Shown here piece after piece: positions 1-8,438 of a DNA stretch of 20,000 nucleotides (the stretch's first letter is position 1; every line of letters begins with the position of its first letter). Both the position numbers and the translations under genes were made by a program. Source of the stretch: an uncultured virus (IMG/VR IMGVR_UViG_3300041964_000089) (Duplodnaviria; Heunggongvirae; Uroviricota; Caudoviricetes). The stretch is taken from IMG/VR virus record IMGVR_UViG_3300041964_000089. One strand, 5' to 3'. The notes beneath the pieces are model-generated. The model was not told the origin of the DNA. It saw nothing but the letters and a program-made list of their open reading frames with translations, and ran no database searches.

Positions 1-393
1 ATAGGCGGCACAGCAAGTTCTCTGATTAGCAGTACGCTGGGGAACTGGCTGGAAACTGGTGTTAGGATTGTTGATGAAGAGGTAATTTTTCAGGTTGGCG
101 ATCGAGTTGAAGTAGGTGCGATCGGTGGAACTATCCCCGGCATTGCGCCAAATCGCTACTGGATTACAGCGGTACAGACTGTTGAAGGTGTCCAGCAAAT
201 TCAATTATCTGCAACTCAAAACGGTGCCGCCGTTGCTGTTACAGGCACAATTGTTGGGCAACCTAGAATTACAACAGTAGTGGCTAAAGAGCCAATTTTG
301 GCATTCGCTCAACTCAAAAAATGGCTAGAAATTACGCCTACAGACTGGTTGCAAACAAACTTAAATGATTGGTTATTGCTAGAAGTTAATTAA
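1..393 (+). CDS. 5'-truncated CDS, probable phage virion/tail-associated protein (C-terminal 130 aa)
   Basis: Frame 1 is open from base 1 to TAA at 391-393 (IGGTASSLISS...IQLSATQNGAAVAVTGTIVG...WLLLEVN*). It is G/T/V-rich, beta-strand-like and 7 bp upstream of the next ORF. It is missing from the ORF track because the start lies outside the window. Function is inferred from composition and context. Confidence 0.7.
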   Translation: MGGTASSLISSTLGNWLETGVRIVDEEVIFQVGDRVEVGAIGGTIPGIAPNRYWITAVQTVEGVQQIQLSATQNGAAVAVTGTIVGQPRITTVVAKEPILAFAQLKKWLEITPTDWLQTNLNDWLLLEVN

Positions 394-400
394 AATATTT

Positions 401-697
401 ATGACTCCCCACCGCCTAAAAGTTCGCGCCGCTATGCGACGCTACGGACAATCGCAATCGCCCAGTCAAATTCAAAATACTTTGGTGCAAACCGGGACTT
501 TATCAGCCGATCGGCTGACACCCGCTGCCGAGGTTGGCAAATTCCAACAATTCAACGCCGAAGCGGGACGCTACGTGTTTGCCAGCAGCACCCAATCCGT
601 ACAAGTAGCGCCTTCTCAGATTCTCTCAAACGGTCGGCTTGGCGTAGGGCAAAAAGTCCTCTTGGCTCAAGGAACAGCTGATTTTATACCCGCGTAA
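401..697 (+). CDS. Hypothetical phage protein (98 aa), paralogous to the N-terminal domain of the next gene
   Basis: ATG start with tight operon spacing (7 bp and 3 bp). It shares FNAEAG...LSNG...GQKV with the 923-aa protein. Confidence 0.75.
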   Translation: MTPHRLKVRAAMRRYGQSQSPSQIQNTLVQTGTLSADRLTPAAEVGKFQQFNAEAGRYVFASSTQSVQVAPSQILSNGRLGVGQKVLLAQGTADFIPA

Positions 698-700
698 GCT

Positions 701-3472
701 ATGCCAGACATTAACGACGTTAACGGCAACCCGGCGATCGAGACAGACGAACCTCTGTCAATTCAAGCGGCAAATGAGTGGGCAATTGAGGTACGGGGAC
801 AAGCCGATCCGCGCAAGGCTGCGATCGAGCGGTTGAAGTGCGCGGCGGCACAGCGTCGGGAGCGCAAACCAGTAAACCCCCTTGAGTCGCTAAAATCCGA
901 CCCTAGCTACAAGGTCGGAACGTTTAACGCTGAAGCGGGTGCGTTTAACGTTGAAAATAATGATGGCAAGAAATTGCTAGGTCAAAGCTTAAGTAACGGA
1001 AATGTGAGAGATGGGCAAAAGGTGCGATCGTTTTTCACCCCTAATGGGCAAGTTGTTATCGACGTTAAACCAAAGGGACGGCATATTATAATTCCTAAAC
1101 CTGAGCCAAAAGTTTCTGTAAAAGAACCAGATATCTGGCCCGTTACAAGCTGTTTTTTGTATTCCAAACTTAAAGAAGCACAAGAAGATTTTACGGATAA
1201 TATAGCAACTGACTTGACTTCTTACGATGCTTGGCAAGCTGTAAATGTCACAGGAACAAATGAGCGGGTGATTTTATTTACTCAACGTTCTGACACTATG
1301 GGAGATTATGAGACAGCGAATGATGCACTAAGCAATAACCTTAAAGAAGATAGAAAGTTAAAGCCTGGAAATACTGGCGCAGGTTCTGGCGGTGCGTCTG
1401 ATGACGCAGCTTGGGGCGCGAAATCTCCTGACGCAAGAATTATCTGGTACTGCATTGGCGACCCTGCAAATATACTGCCAAATGGAAAAATATTTAAAGT
1501 GTCGGGTCCTTCAACTCATCCAAGCTCAGGAAATGACCCAACTTCAGGGCCAGGGTTTGTAATGCAAGTTTATGGGAGTTTTATTGCTTCTGCTATTTTT
1601 CCCCATGAAGACATGGGGAAAGGCCCTTTGACAAAAAAGCTTAAAGAATCTTTTCCTGACCTAGGAGGACAAATTGGCTACGCTGGTTTGATTGAGCGAT
1701 GGAGAGGACAACAAGATTATGCAAGTTCTAGTGGCGTGTATTACTTTCGTGAGACTCCTCTTGCAAATGAATCTCCGCAAACTCCTGTTAGTTTCCCGTC
1801 GGGATATGTCCAAGGTAGTACAAATCCTTGGTTGGCTACCGGATCAAATTGGTTTCAATTTGGATGGCCAGACCCTCAATATATTGGTTGCGCTTCAACA
1901 TCATGGATTAACGCTGAAAGCAGTGCGTTCACAGGGCTAGATTGCGGAGGGTCAATACCTAATGATAAATGGTACTGGGGGGGAGACGCAACTCCGAATT
2001 ATGGTCGTATAGATAAAGACAATTCAAGTGGTTATATTAACTCTTCAGGAATGTTTGTTTGTTGGAGAGGACATAAAGACCACGCAGGTATGGCAATGTC
2101 TTTTTTTCAAGCTTTTAGGGAATATTGGGGAATACCTGGAACTGTTACAGTTCTTGGTTCTGTAAATCCTTTTGGATGCGGTACTGGTGACGACCCCAGT
2201 GGTGGCGGTGGTGGTTATCCACCGCCACCACCGGGGCTACGCAGATTTCTTGTTACGCAATTAGGAAGAAAAGCCGAAATATGGCTTAAAGTTTGCGAAA
2301 AAGATTACCCACCTATTGAGCTAAAATTACCGTTTGAGTTCGCAGCTCTTATCGAAAAATTTGTTATTCAAGGAAGTCCAAGTATCAATACATTTCCAAA
2401 TAATCAGCAAAATGTTTTCCTGACTTTTGCTGCTAATTTTGGGATAGGATATGCTCTTTCTCTTGAGTGTCCTCATGCAACAATGTCAGTCGATGGTAAA
2501 TTCATATATGTTAACATTTTGTATGGTGCAGAAAGAGTTTGGGAGGAACCATTAAGCAAGCCTATTCCTTGTAAATTGTCTAATTTAGGTACTGGTGATT
2601 TTACTGGAATTACTTGGTACAGACAACCGGGCAATAAAGAAAATGGCAACACTTATATTATTGGACAATACAAGCCACCAAGTATAGTTGAAATCGCTCC
2701 TAGGTACAAAGCGGATCATTTTGCATACTGTCAAAGTTATAAAATAGCTTTACCAACATCATCAACAGACAGAGTTTTAACAATAGTTGGAAGTCAAAGA
2801 TATAGAAGAGGTGAAATAATAGAGCTAACAGCAGCATCTCCTGACAATGAATTTAACAATAAGTTTTTGATTTATGATTTTCGGACAAATAAATTAGAAG
2901 ATTTAAGGTTGCCTCCTGGCGCTGGAGTAACTACAGATTTTGCAAGCTGGCAAACTCCTAATCCAGAATATGCAAGTTTTGGTGGATTACCAGCGCTGCT
3001 TCAAATTAAGTTTCCGGGATATTCTATTCCTTCTCTAGCTTACTTTAATGCGATAGAGAAGTTTTATAAACCTCAATCAACTTGGACTGATATGGACAGG
3101 ATTCATTTTGAATTGTTAGAAGCTCCCGAAACTTTTTACCCCTTTAATACAGTCTTACCAGTAGGAGAATTTGTTGCTCCAAATACCAGTGGCTTTTACC
3201 ATCATGTACGATTTAAATTAGATGGTAAATTTGGAAGAGGAAGCAGAGCTGCACCCATAGATAGAGCTTCTACTTTTGGATACCAAAATAAAGCAGCACC
3301 TACTTATTTTACTTTTTCTGCAACTGGCGGGGGTTATTTGTTATATACTAGTTTCAAAGAACAATTAATTGGTAGCGGTGTAAAAAATGACCAAGGATTA
3401 GTTACAAAGTGGAATAGAATTTCTACTTCTAGCTTTCCAATTTTTGGACAATTAAGTAGGAATGGTTTTTAA
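701..3472 (+). CDS. Large putative virion/tail protein (923 aa)
   Basis: Long ORF rich in G/S/T/N and aromatic residues, with a GGGGGYPPPPPG linker. It lies upstream of the cargo and lysis genes, where tail-tip/host-recognition genes usually sit. No family recognised. Confidence 0.65.
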   Translation: MPDINDVNGNPAIETDEPLSIQAANEWAIEVRGQADPRKAAIERLKCAAAQRRERKPVNPLESLKSDPSYKVGTFNAEAGAFNVENNDGKKLLGQSLSNGNVRDGQKVRSFFTPNGQVVIDVKPKGRHIIIPKPEPKVSVKEPDIWPVTSCFLYSKLKEAQEDFTDNIATDLTSYDAWQAVNVTGTNERVILFTQRSDTMGDYETANDALSNNLKEDRKLKPGNTGAGSGGASDDAAWGAKSPDARIIWYCIGDPANILPNGKIFKVSGPSTHPSSGNDPTSGPGFVMQVYGSFIASAIFPHEDMGKGPLTKKLKESFPDLGGQIGYAGLIERWRGQQDYASSSGVYYFRETPLANESPQTPVSFPSGYVQGSTNPWLATGSNWFQFGWPDPQYIGCASTSWINAESSAFTGLDCGGSIPNDKWYWGGDATPNYGRIDKDNSSGYINSSGMFVCWRGHKDHAGMAMSFFQAFREYWGIPGTVTVLGSVNPFGCGTGDDPSGGGGGYPPPPPGLRRFLVTQLGRKAEIWLKVCEKDYPPIELKLPFEFAALIEKFVIQGSPSINTFPNNQQNVFLTFAANFGIGYALSLECPHATMSVDGKFIYVNILYGAERVWEEPLSKPIPCKLSNLGTGDFTGITWYRQPGNKENGNTYIIGQYKPPSIVEIAPRYKADHFAYCQSYKIALPTSSTDRVLTIVGSQRYRRGEIIELTAASPDNEFNNKFLIYDFRTNKLEDLRLPPGAGVTTDFASWQTPNPEYASFGGLPALLQIKFPGYSIPSLAYFNAIEKFYKPQSTWTDMDRIHFELLEAPETFYPFNTVLPVGEFVAPNTSGFYHHVRFKLDGKFGRGSRAAPIDRASTFGYQNKAAPTYFTFSATGGGYLLYTSFKEQLIGSGVKNDQGLVTKWNRISTSSFPIFGQLSRNGF

Positions 3473-4131
3473 TGTTATACAATGCTGAAAGTGATATATA
3501 TCGTGCTATGGGAAATTTTTCAACTGTAGCACAAGTATCTTTTGTGTCAAATAATTATGGCGCTGGTTATGTATCGGATAGTTATTTGTCATCTTCTTCT
3601 TTTGGAAATATCCCAAGTCAATGTGCAGCTCTTATAACCTCTAGTCATGTTTTTACTTTGTTCATAGAAAGCTGGGACATAAGTAGGGACACTGGATATC
3701 CGGTATTTCAGAACAAAAAAGTATATCCAGCAAAAGTGAGAGGACTAAATATACCTTATCCTAAAAACCAAACTTTTCAATGGAAAGAAGGATTGATTGA
3801 TAATAGCTTTAATCAAGTAGGAACCTACAACAGTTATTTTAGATCAGGATTTGGCCAAACTATTTTGTCAGATCTACAACGTCCATTTATTTCAACATCT
3901 GTTGTTAAAAATACTTTAGGATTAGGTGTTTTAGGGGAACCGGGAAACTCGGGATTTACAGGCCCGTTTGGACGTTTAATGTCGATGGCATTTTGGGTAG
4001 ACCCAGAACTTGCAAAACAATACGACGGCAGTAAAAGCAAGAAAAAGAAAAAATCTTTAAACGAGCAAGACTATCAACAAATACCTCAATATCCTGGCTA
4101 TACGCCATATCAAAACAACAGTGGTTATTAA
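3472..4131 (+). CDS. Hypothetical protein (219 aa), probably virion-associated
   Basis: TAATG stop/start overlap with the upstream gene and similar S/G/F/Y-rich composition. It has a basic KSKKKKKS patch near the C-terminus. Confidence 0.65.
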   Translation: MLYNAESDIYRAMGNFSTVAQVSFVSNNYGAGYVSDSYLSSSSFGNIPSQCAALITSSHVFTLFIESWDISRDTGYPVFQNKKVYPAKVRGLNIPYPKNQTFQWKEGLIDNSFNQVGTYNSYFRSGFGQTILSDLQRPFISTSVVKNTLGLGVLGEPGNSGFTGPFGRLMSMAFWVDPELAKQYDGSKSKKKKKSLNEQDYQQIPQYPGYTPYQNNSGY

Positions 4132-4133
4132 GA

Positions 4134-4949
4134 TTAAGTTAGCGCAGTAGGGCTGATTTCTTCAATTGAGCGTTCAGGATTAAACCTTACTTTAAGCCTG
4201 TGTGTCTTGTCCCTACCCTGTCGCCTCAACGCTGCTTCAATAGCAGCATTAGCCAACAACACAATCTGTAATGGATTTTTTTGATGTGTCATATCAGAAT
4301 GATTTCTGTAAAAATACAAAAAATCAGGAATATGGCTAATGCGAGTAATTTTAGAGATACGAAGGCACAGATCGTAATCCTCCATCAGATCGAACGACAA
4401 ATCAATTCCACCAGCCTGTTTGTAAACAGACCGACGCATTAGCCTAAAGTGAAATGTCATAAAGACACAGAGCAGTTTTTCGGCTGAATAATCGTAACTA
4501 CAGCGCCAGCCCGGTCTTAACTGCTTTCCGTTCTCGTCTACGTCGATGTAATTGCTATAAACCATCCCGCAGCCCGCATCATCGTCTAGAACTGCTACCA
4601 TGCGCTCGATCGCTTGCATATCAAGCCAGTCGTCGGAGTCAACTTGCCCAATGTATTCACCCCGCGCTAATTCATATCCCGCCTTGAGCGCGTGGGCTGC
4701 ACCTCTTTCGGTTTCGTCTGTTCTATCCACCTTTAAAATAAGCAGTCGCACCCGATCGTCTTCCACCGCAAACTGCTCAGCGATCGCCAGTGTCCCGTCA
4801 GTCGAGCTATCGTCCACAATAATCAGTTCAAAGTCGGTAAAACTTTGGTCTAAAACGCTGCGAACGGCAAAGCCCAAGTAACGCTCGCGGTTGTAAACTG
4901 GAATGATAATCGAAACTCTGGGGACGGTTAATTCGGCTGAAATTTCCAT
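4134..4949 (-). CDS. Glycosyltransferase family 2 (GT-A fold)
   Basis: VSIIIPVYNRERYL, SVLDQSFTDFELIIVDDSSTDGT, ARGEYIGQVDSDD (DxD motif) and EDYDLCLRI are canonical GT2 motifs. Confidence 0.95.
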   Translation of the reverse strand: MEISAELTVPRVSIIIPVYNRERYLGFAVRSVLDQSFTDFELIIVDDSSTDGTLAIAEQFAVEDDRVRLLILKVDRTDETERGAAHALKAGYELARGEYIGQVDSDDWLDMQAIERMVAVLDDDAGCGMVYSNYIDVDENGKQLRPGWRCSYDYSAEKLLCVFMTFHFRLMRRSVYKQAGGIDLSFDLMEDYDLCLRISKITRISHIPDFLYFYRNHSDMTHQKNPLQIVLLANAAIEAALRRQGRDKTHRLKVRFNPERSIEEISPTALT

Positions 4950-5009
4950 ATTTTAATTTGTAATATTTTTTAGACACTTTGACGGCTGATTCACAAGGCA
5001 AAAGCTGGA

Positions 5010-5083
5010 CTAAAGAAACGGGACTATTAGGTAAATTGAATGGCAATATCAGGGTGAACGTACAACCCGCCCCGTTTCTTTAG
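5010..5083. repeat. Inverted repeat, 13-bp perfect arms
   Basis: CTAAAGAAACGGG (5010-5022) pairs with CCCGTTTCTTTAG (5071-5083), with a 48-nt spacer. Confidence 0.9.
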
Positions 5084-5167
5084 ATCTGAGGCCGAGGAAA
5101 TAGCTATTTTTTCTTTTCTAACTCTGCCAATTCTTCCGGGCTTAAAACTATTTCCTCGGCCTCAGAT
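5084..5167. repeat. Inverted repeat, 20-bp perfect arms, directly abutting the previous one
   Basis: ATCTGAGGCCGAGGAAATAG (5084-5103) pairs with CTATTTCCTCGGCCTCAGAT (5148-5167), with a 44-nt spacer. Confidence 0.95.
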
Positions 5168-5253
5168 TGAGTTTTTGTTTGTTTGGTTTGTCCGCTTGGC
5201 AAAGAATCGTCTGATGACGTTGATTGATTTTTTTCAGTTTCATGGTTAGACAT
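5104..5253 (-). CDS. Small acidic Ser/Thr-rich peptide (49 aa), not in the ORF track
   Basis: My translation is MSNHETEKNQSTSSDDSLPSGQTKQTKTQSEAEEIVLSPEELAELEKKK*. It is preceded by an SD-like AAAGGGTG 5 nt upstream of the ATG and is co-oriented with the GT2 gene. Confidence 0.6.
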   Translation of the reverse strand: MSNHETEKNQSTSSDDSLPSGQTKQTKTQSEAEEIVLSPEELAELEKKK

Positions 5254-5409
5254 TCGAGCACCCTTTAATAGAATTATAATTTAAGGACTTAGCCAAGAGC
5301 CAACAGAGCGTTTAACTGTCTAGGGTCTTTTTATCTCTTGCTGGTCTATTATAATTGTAAGTGTATTTTGCCCAACAGTCGCGTCAAGCGCTCGCTGTCA
5401 TCTACCCGT

Positions 5410-6225
5410 GTGAAACGCATATTTTTAGTTGGCGCGCCCCGCAGTGGTACGACTATATTTCAAAGCTTGCTGGCAGCGCACCCAGAAATCACGTCATTTC
5501 CGGAAACCAAATTTTTCCACTACTTGTGGGAAGATCGACTTTCTCGCAAGTTGCCCGATCGCCTGTACAAATTTTTTCACGAGGAAATTCACCGTCCCGA
5601 CCTGTACGATGAGGTAGAAATTTATCGGCAATCTACTACAGACCAGATCAGTTGGTTTATTCGACTGTTGGACAAGCTAACCGTTGAGCAAGGTAACGAT
5701 ATCTGGCTGGAGAAAACACCCGAACACGTTTACTTCATTGCGGACATTCTGCATTACTTGCCCGAGGCAAAGTTTATCCACATCATTCGGCATCCACTTG
5801 ACGTAGTGGCATCCATGCGGAAAGCTACGCAAGATCCGATGAATGCTCTCTGGGGCGGGGAGTGGAGTTTGGATTTTTGCATTAGTCGGTGGAACAGTTC
5901 AGTTTTGGTTAGTTGTGGGTATTTAAGAAATCCCCAACACCTGATCGTCAAGTATGAAGATTTGTTAACGGATAAAACTAAGGTATTGGCGCGGTGTTGC
6001 CACTTTATTGGTATTTCCTGTGATTTTTCAATGGTTGAAAATTACAGAGCAGAAGCTATTAGGCTAGGACTTCAATTGCCTTGGCATAAAGGTATTGAAC
6101 GCCCGATCAAGCCTGCGGGAATTCCAAAATACAAAGATTTTTTTAGCGAAAAAGAAATTGAATATGTTTTGAAAAATACGTTTCAGCTAAGACAAAGGTT
6201 TGGATACAAGTGCGATGGATGTTAG
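5410..6225 (+). CDS. Sulfotransferase (PAPS-dependent, Sulfotransfer_3-like)
   Basis: 5'-PSB loop IFLVGAPRSGTT, then LAAHPEI..PET.FF, WLEKTPEH, 3'-PB motif AKFIHIIRHPLDVVAS, and VKYEDL. The start is more likely GTG 5410 (VKRIFLVG) than TTG 5338. Confidence 0.93.
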   Translation: MKRIFLVGAPRSGTTIFQSLLAAHPEITSFPETKFFHYLWEDRLSRKLPDRLYKFFHEEIHRPDLYDEVEIYRQSTTDQISWFIRLLDKLTVEQGNDIWLEKTPEHVYFIADILHYLPEAKFIHIIRHPLDVVASMRKATQDPMNALWGGEWSLDFCISRWNSSVLVSCGYLRNPQHLIVKYEDLLTDKTKVLARCCHFIGISCDFSMVENYRAEAIRLGLQLPWHKGIERPIKPAGIPKYKDFFSEKEIEYVLKNTFQLRQRFGYKCDGC

Positions 6226-6354
6226 GTTTCCACGCTACGACCAAATAATGAAGGAATAGATATGCCAAAATAGTGGATTGCTTGTGATCGGTTAGAATAT
6301 AAGGAAATTGCCAACCTACGGAAGGCGGAAGGCTAGTGACTGACTTTTAAACGT

Positions 6355-6702
6355 ATGAGTCGAATAAATCTCTCTCAAGAGTTGCAGTTATTGGAAGAAA
6401 ATCCAGTAGATTACCCAAAACTTCTTACAACTTTGTGTCAGCTTGAAAAACGTTATTTAGAAATAAAAACTCTTATTAAGGTGGGGTTTTCCGAAGATAT
6501 CAAAGATACTTGGGAAATAATAAAGGTTGCGGATCTTTTTAATAAAAAAATTATTACAAGATTTGAAGAAGTCTCTTTTATAAACAATGATAAAACAGAA
6601 AAAGATTTATGGAAGATAATTGAAATTAATAATGCTATTAACGCAAAAATTATGGCTATAATCGAAGAAAGAGTTAGAATTGCAAATTTAACTAAAGGTT
6701 AG
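6355..6702 (+). CDS. Hypothetical helical protein (115 aa), AT-rich
   Basis: ATG-started ORF filling the gap, with an amphipathic helical pattern. No family recognised. Confidence 0.6.
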   Translation: MSRINLSQELQLLEENPVDYPKLLTTLCQLEKRYLEIKTLIKVGFSEDIKDTWEIIKVADLFNKKIITRFEEVSFINNDKTEKDLWKIIEINNAINAKIMAIIEERVRIANLTKG

Positions 6703-6786
6703 AAAAGCTGTTTGCACTATACCAGTTCGCAAACTGTCATTTTATTTGCATGATAAAATTTAGACACTCACTACACCCCTACTCTC

Positions 6787-7239
6787 ATGCAAATCAACCA
6801 AGAAGGCTTAGACCTCATTAAAAAGTTTGAAGGCTGCAAGCTAGAAGCTTACCTGTGCCCTGCTGGCGTACCGACAATCGGGTACGGTCACACCAGAACC
6901 GCAGAACTAGGGGCTGTTATGACAGAATCCGAAGCTGAGGCAATGCTTAGGGATGATTTAAAAAAAGCCGAAACAACAGTTGAGCGGCTGGTAACTGTAC
7001 CGATCAACGACAATCAATTTTCAGCACTGGTTAGTTTTGTTTTTAACATCGGTGTGGGTGCCTTTGAACAATCTACTTTGCTAGCAATGCTCAACGCCTA
7101 CGCTAGCATTGAAATAGTGGCAGCTCAATTCATGCGGTGGAACAAGGCCGATGGACGGGAGTTGCCGGGATTGACACGCCGCCGTCATGCTGAGCGGGCG
7201 TTGTTTTTAGGGCAAGATTGGAAAATTTATCTATTTTGA
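6787..7239 (+). CDS. Phage endolysin, GH24 lysozyme (RrrD-like)
   Basis: GLDLIKKFEG, AYLCPAGVPTIGYGHT (E15-x8-C24-x5-T30 triad), NQFSALVSFVFNIG, FMRWNKADGRELPGLTRRRHAERALF. No N-terminal SAR or signal helix. Confidence 0.95.
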   Translation: MQINQEGLDLIKKFEGCKLEAYLCPAGVPTIGYGHTRTAELGAVMTESEAEAMLRDDLKKAETTVERLVTVPINDNQFSALVSFVFNIGVGAFEQSTLLAMLNAYASIEIVAAQFMRWNKADGRELPGLTRRRHAERALFLGQDWKIYLF

Positions 7240-7644
7240 TTGAACGGGCGGTCGATCGCTTCCAAAGTCCGTAAAGCCTAAAACTATAGTAGCCAGTGAA
7301 CCGATAGCCGGAGAAAGTTCGTTAGGCACTGATTTTTCAAGCCAAATTAAAAATACGTAATTAGTCGCCAAAACTAATTCAGTAGTTGCAGCCCCCATAA
7401 AAGCGTAATCTCTTAATGATTGTTTTGATATAGCTATTTCTGGGTTACTTAATTTCCTCTTTTTAAGTGCCGCTCCTGCTGCTCCTGATATTAACGCAAT
7501 AGCTAGCGTCAACATTTCCGAAGGGATTGTTTTAGGCGTCCAGGTTAGTCCAACATAACTAACTAGCAAAAAAACTCCCGAAAAGGTTGTTGTAATAATA
7601 ACAAATTCTTGCAACAAAAGTATTTGTAAAAATAATTTTTTCAT
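7231..7644 (-). CDS. Small multi-pass membrane protein (about 4 TM), candidate holin
   Basis: Four hydrophobic segments arranged as two similar hairpins (W..KTIPSEM and W..KSVPNEL) separated by a basic KKRK loop. It overlaps the endolysin 3' end by 9 bp. Holin role is inferred from context. Confidence 0.6.
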   Translation of the reverse strand: MKKLFLQILLLQEFVIITTTFSGVFLLVSYVGLTWTPKTIPSEMLTLAIALISGAAGAALKKRKLSNPEIAISKQSLRDYAFMGAATTELVLATNYVFLIWLEKSVPNELSPAIGSLATIVLGFTDFGSDRPPVQSK

Positions 7645-7667
7645 ATTAATCCCTTTTGCAATAGTTA

Positions 7668-8072
7668 TTAATTTATTCCGTTATAATATTCAGTATTTTC
7701 AGCTTGATGTTTTCTTGTTTCTTCAGCCCATTTTATTCTTTCTCGTAATTCTGTTATTATAGCATCAGTATCTAGTCCACTTTTTTCGCAATCTATTAAA
7801 TTGCTAATATACAATACTTTAGCTAAATAGTCGTTAATTTGATCTACTTGTTTTCCTCGCTGATCTATTAATTCACTGTTTCGTTCAACAAGTCTGATAA
7901 ATCGCGGAAAAGAACTAAAAAAATCTTTAATTTTGGGGTTTAAGTATGCACAACTATTTATTATTTGTTGGTTTGTCTTATTCTTGGAACGATTTGTAAA
8001 TTCTAAAATTAGATTTCTTGCTTGAGCTAAAATTAGCAAGATTAAAATAAAGTCTTCATAATTTTCAAACAT
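7668..8072 (-). CDS. Hypothetical protein with N-terminal hydrophobic segment and C-terminal coiled coil
   Basis: FILILLILAQA segment near the N-terminus; very AT-rich. ATG at 8072 is preferred over TTG at 8090. Confidence 0.55.
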   Translation of the reverse strand: MFENYEDFILILLILAQARNLILEFTNRSKNKTNQQIINSCAYLNPKIKDFFSSFPRFIRLVERNSELIDQRGKQVDQINDYLAKVLYISNLIDCEKSGLDTDAIITELRERIKWAEETRKHQAENTEYYNGIN

Positions 8073-8150
8073 TTGAATAACCACTCGCAAATTTTAAAAC
8101 TCTAAATTCTGCACAAACGAGGGCAATACTAAACACATTTGTTATCAAAC

Positions 8151-8190
8151 TGGAGCATAAGGAAAGTTACAAGGCTAAACTTATGCTCCA
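8151..8190. terminator. Stem-loop downstream of the minus-strand early operon (terminator or processing site)
   Basis: TGGAGCATAAG (8151-8161) pairs with CTTATGCTCCA (8180-8190): 11-bp perfect arms, 18-nt loop. No strong U-tract. Confidence 0.5.
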
Positions 8191-8196
8191 AGTAAA

Positions 8197-8340
8197 CTAA
8201 AAATACAGGATAGCCAATGACCAAAACTGGAAACGGAAAAAATACGTCACCAGCGATCGCGCTTGTCTTGCTTTTTCCAATTCTACCCTTAGATAGCCCA
8301 TATAAGCAGGGTCAATTGCTGGTAAACACAAATCTGTCAT
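8197..8340 (-). CDS. Possible small protein (47 aa) with hydrophobic C-terminus
   Basis: My translation is MTDLCLPAIDPAYMGYLRVELEKARQARSLVTYFFRFQFWSLAILYF*. It is co-oriented with the operon, contains a HIP1 site and ends just before the 8151-8190 hairpin. Confidence 0.35.
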   Translation of the reverse strand: MTDLCLPAIDPAYMGYLRVELEKARQARSLVTYFFRFQFWSLAILYF

Positions 8341-8438
8341 ACCACAAAAAGTTTTTGCCCGAGTAACAGCCAGTTACTTTGCCACTGCCGGAAATGGTGC
8401 GAGTGATCAGTAGTCGATTGCCCTCAACCTCCAACAAC

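Noticed and set aside
701..4131. Diversity-generating retroelement target in the tail genes
   Set aside because: No reverse transcriptase and no template/variable repeat pair differing at adenines was seen in the window.
5010..5167. CRISPR mini-array, tRNA or retron ncRNA
   Set aside because: The repeats are inverted and unrelated to each other rather than direct. There is no cloverleaf or T-loop motif and no cas or RT gene nearby.
5148..5243. Alternative 31-aa minus-strand ORF MKLKKINQ...RPRK
   Set aside because: It overlaps the 49-aa ORF in another frame and lacks the SD-like sequence. The 49-aa frame looks more protein-like.
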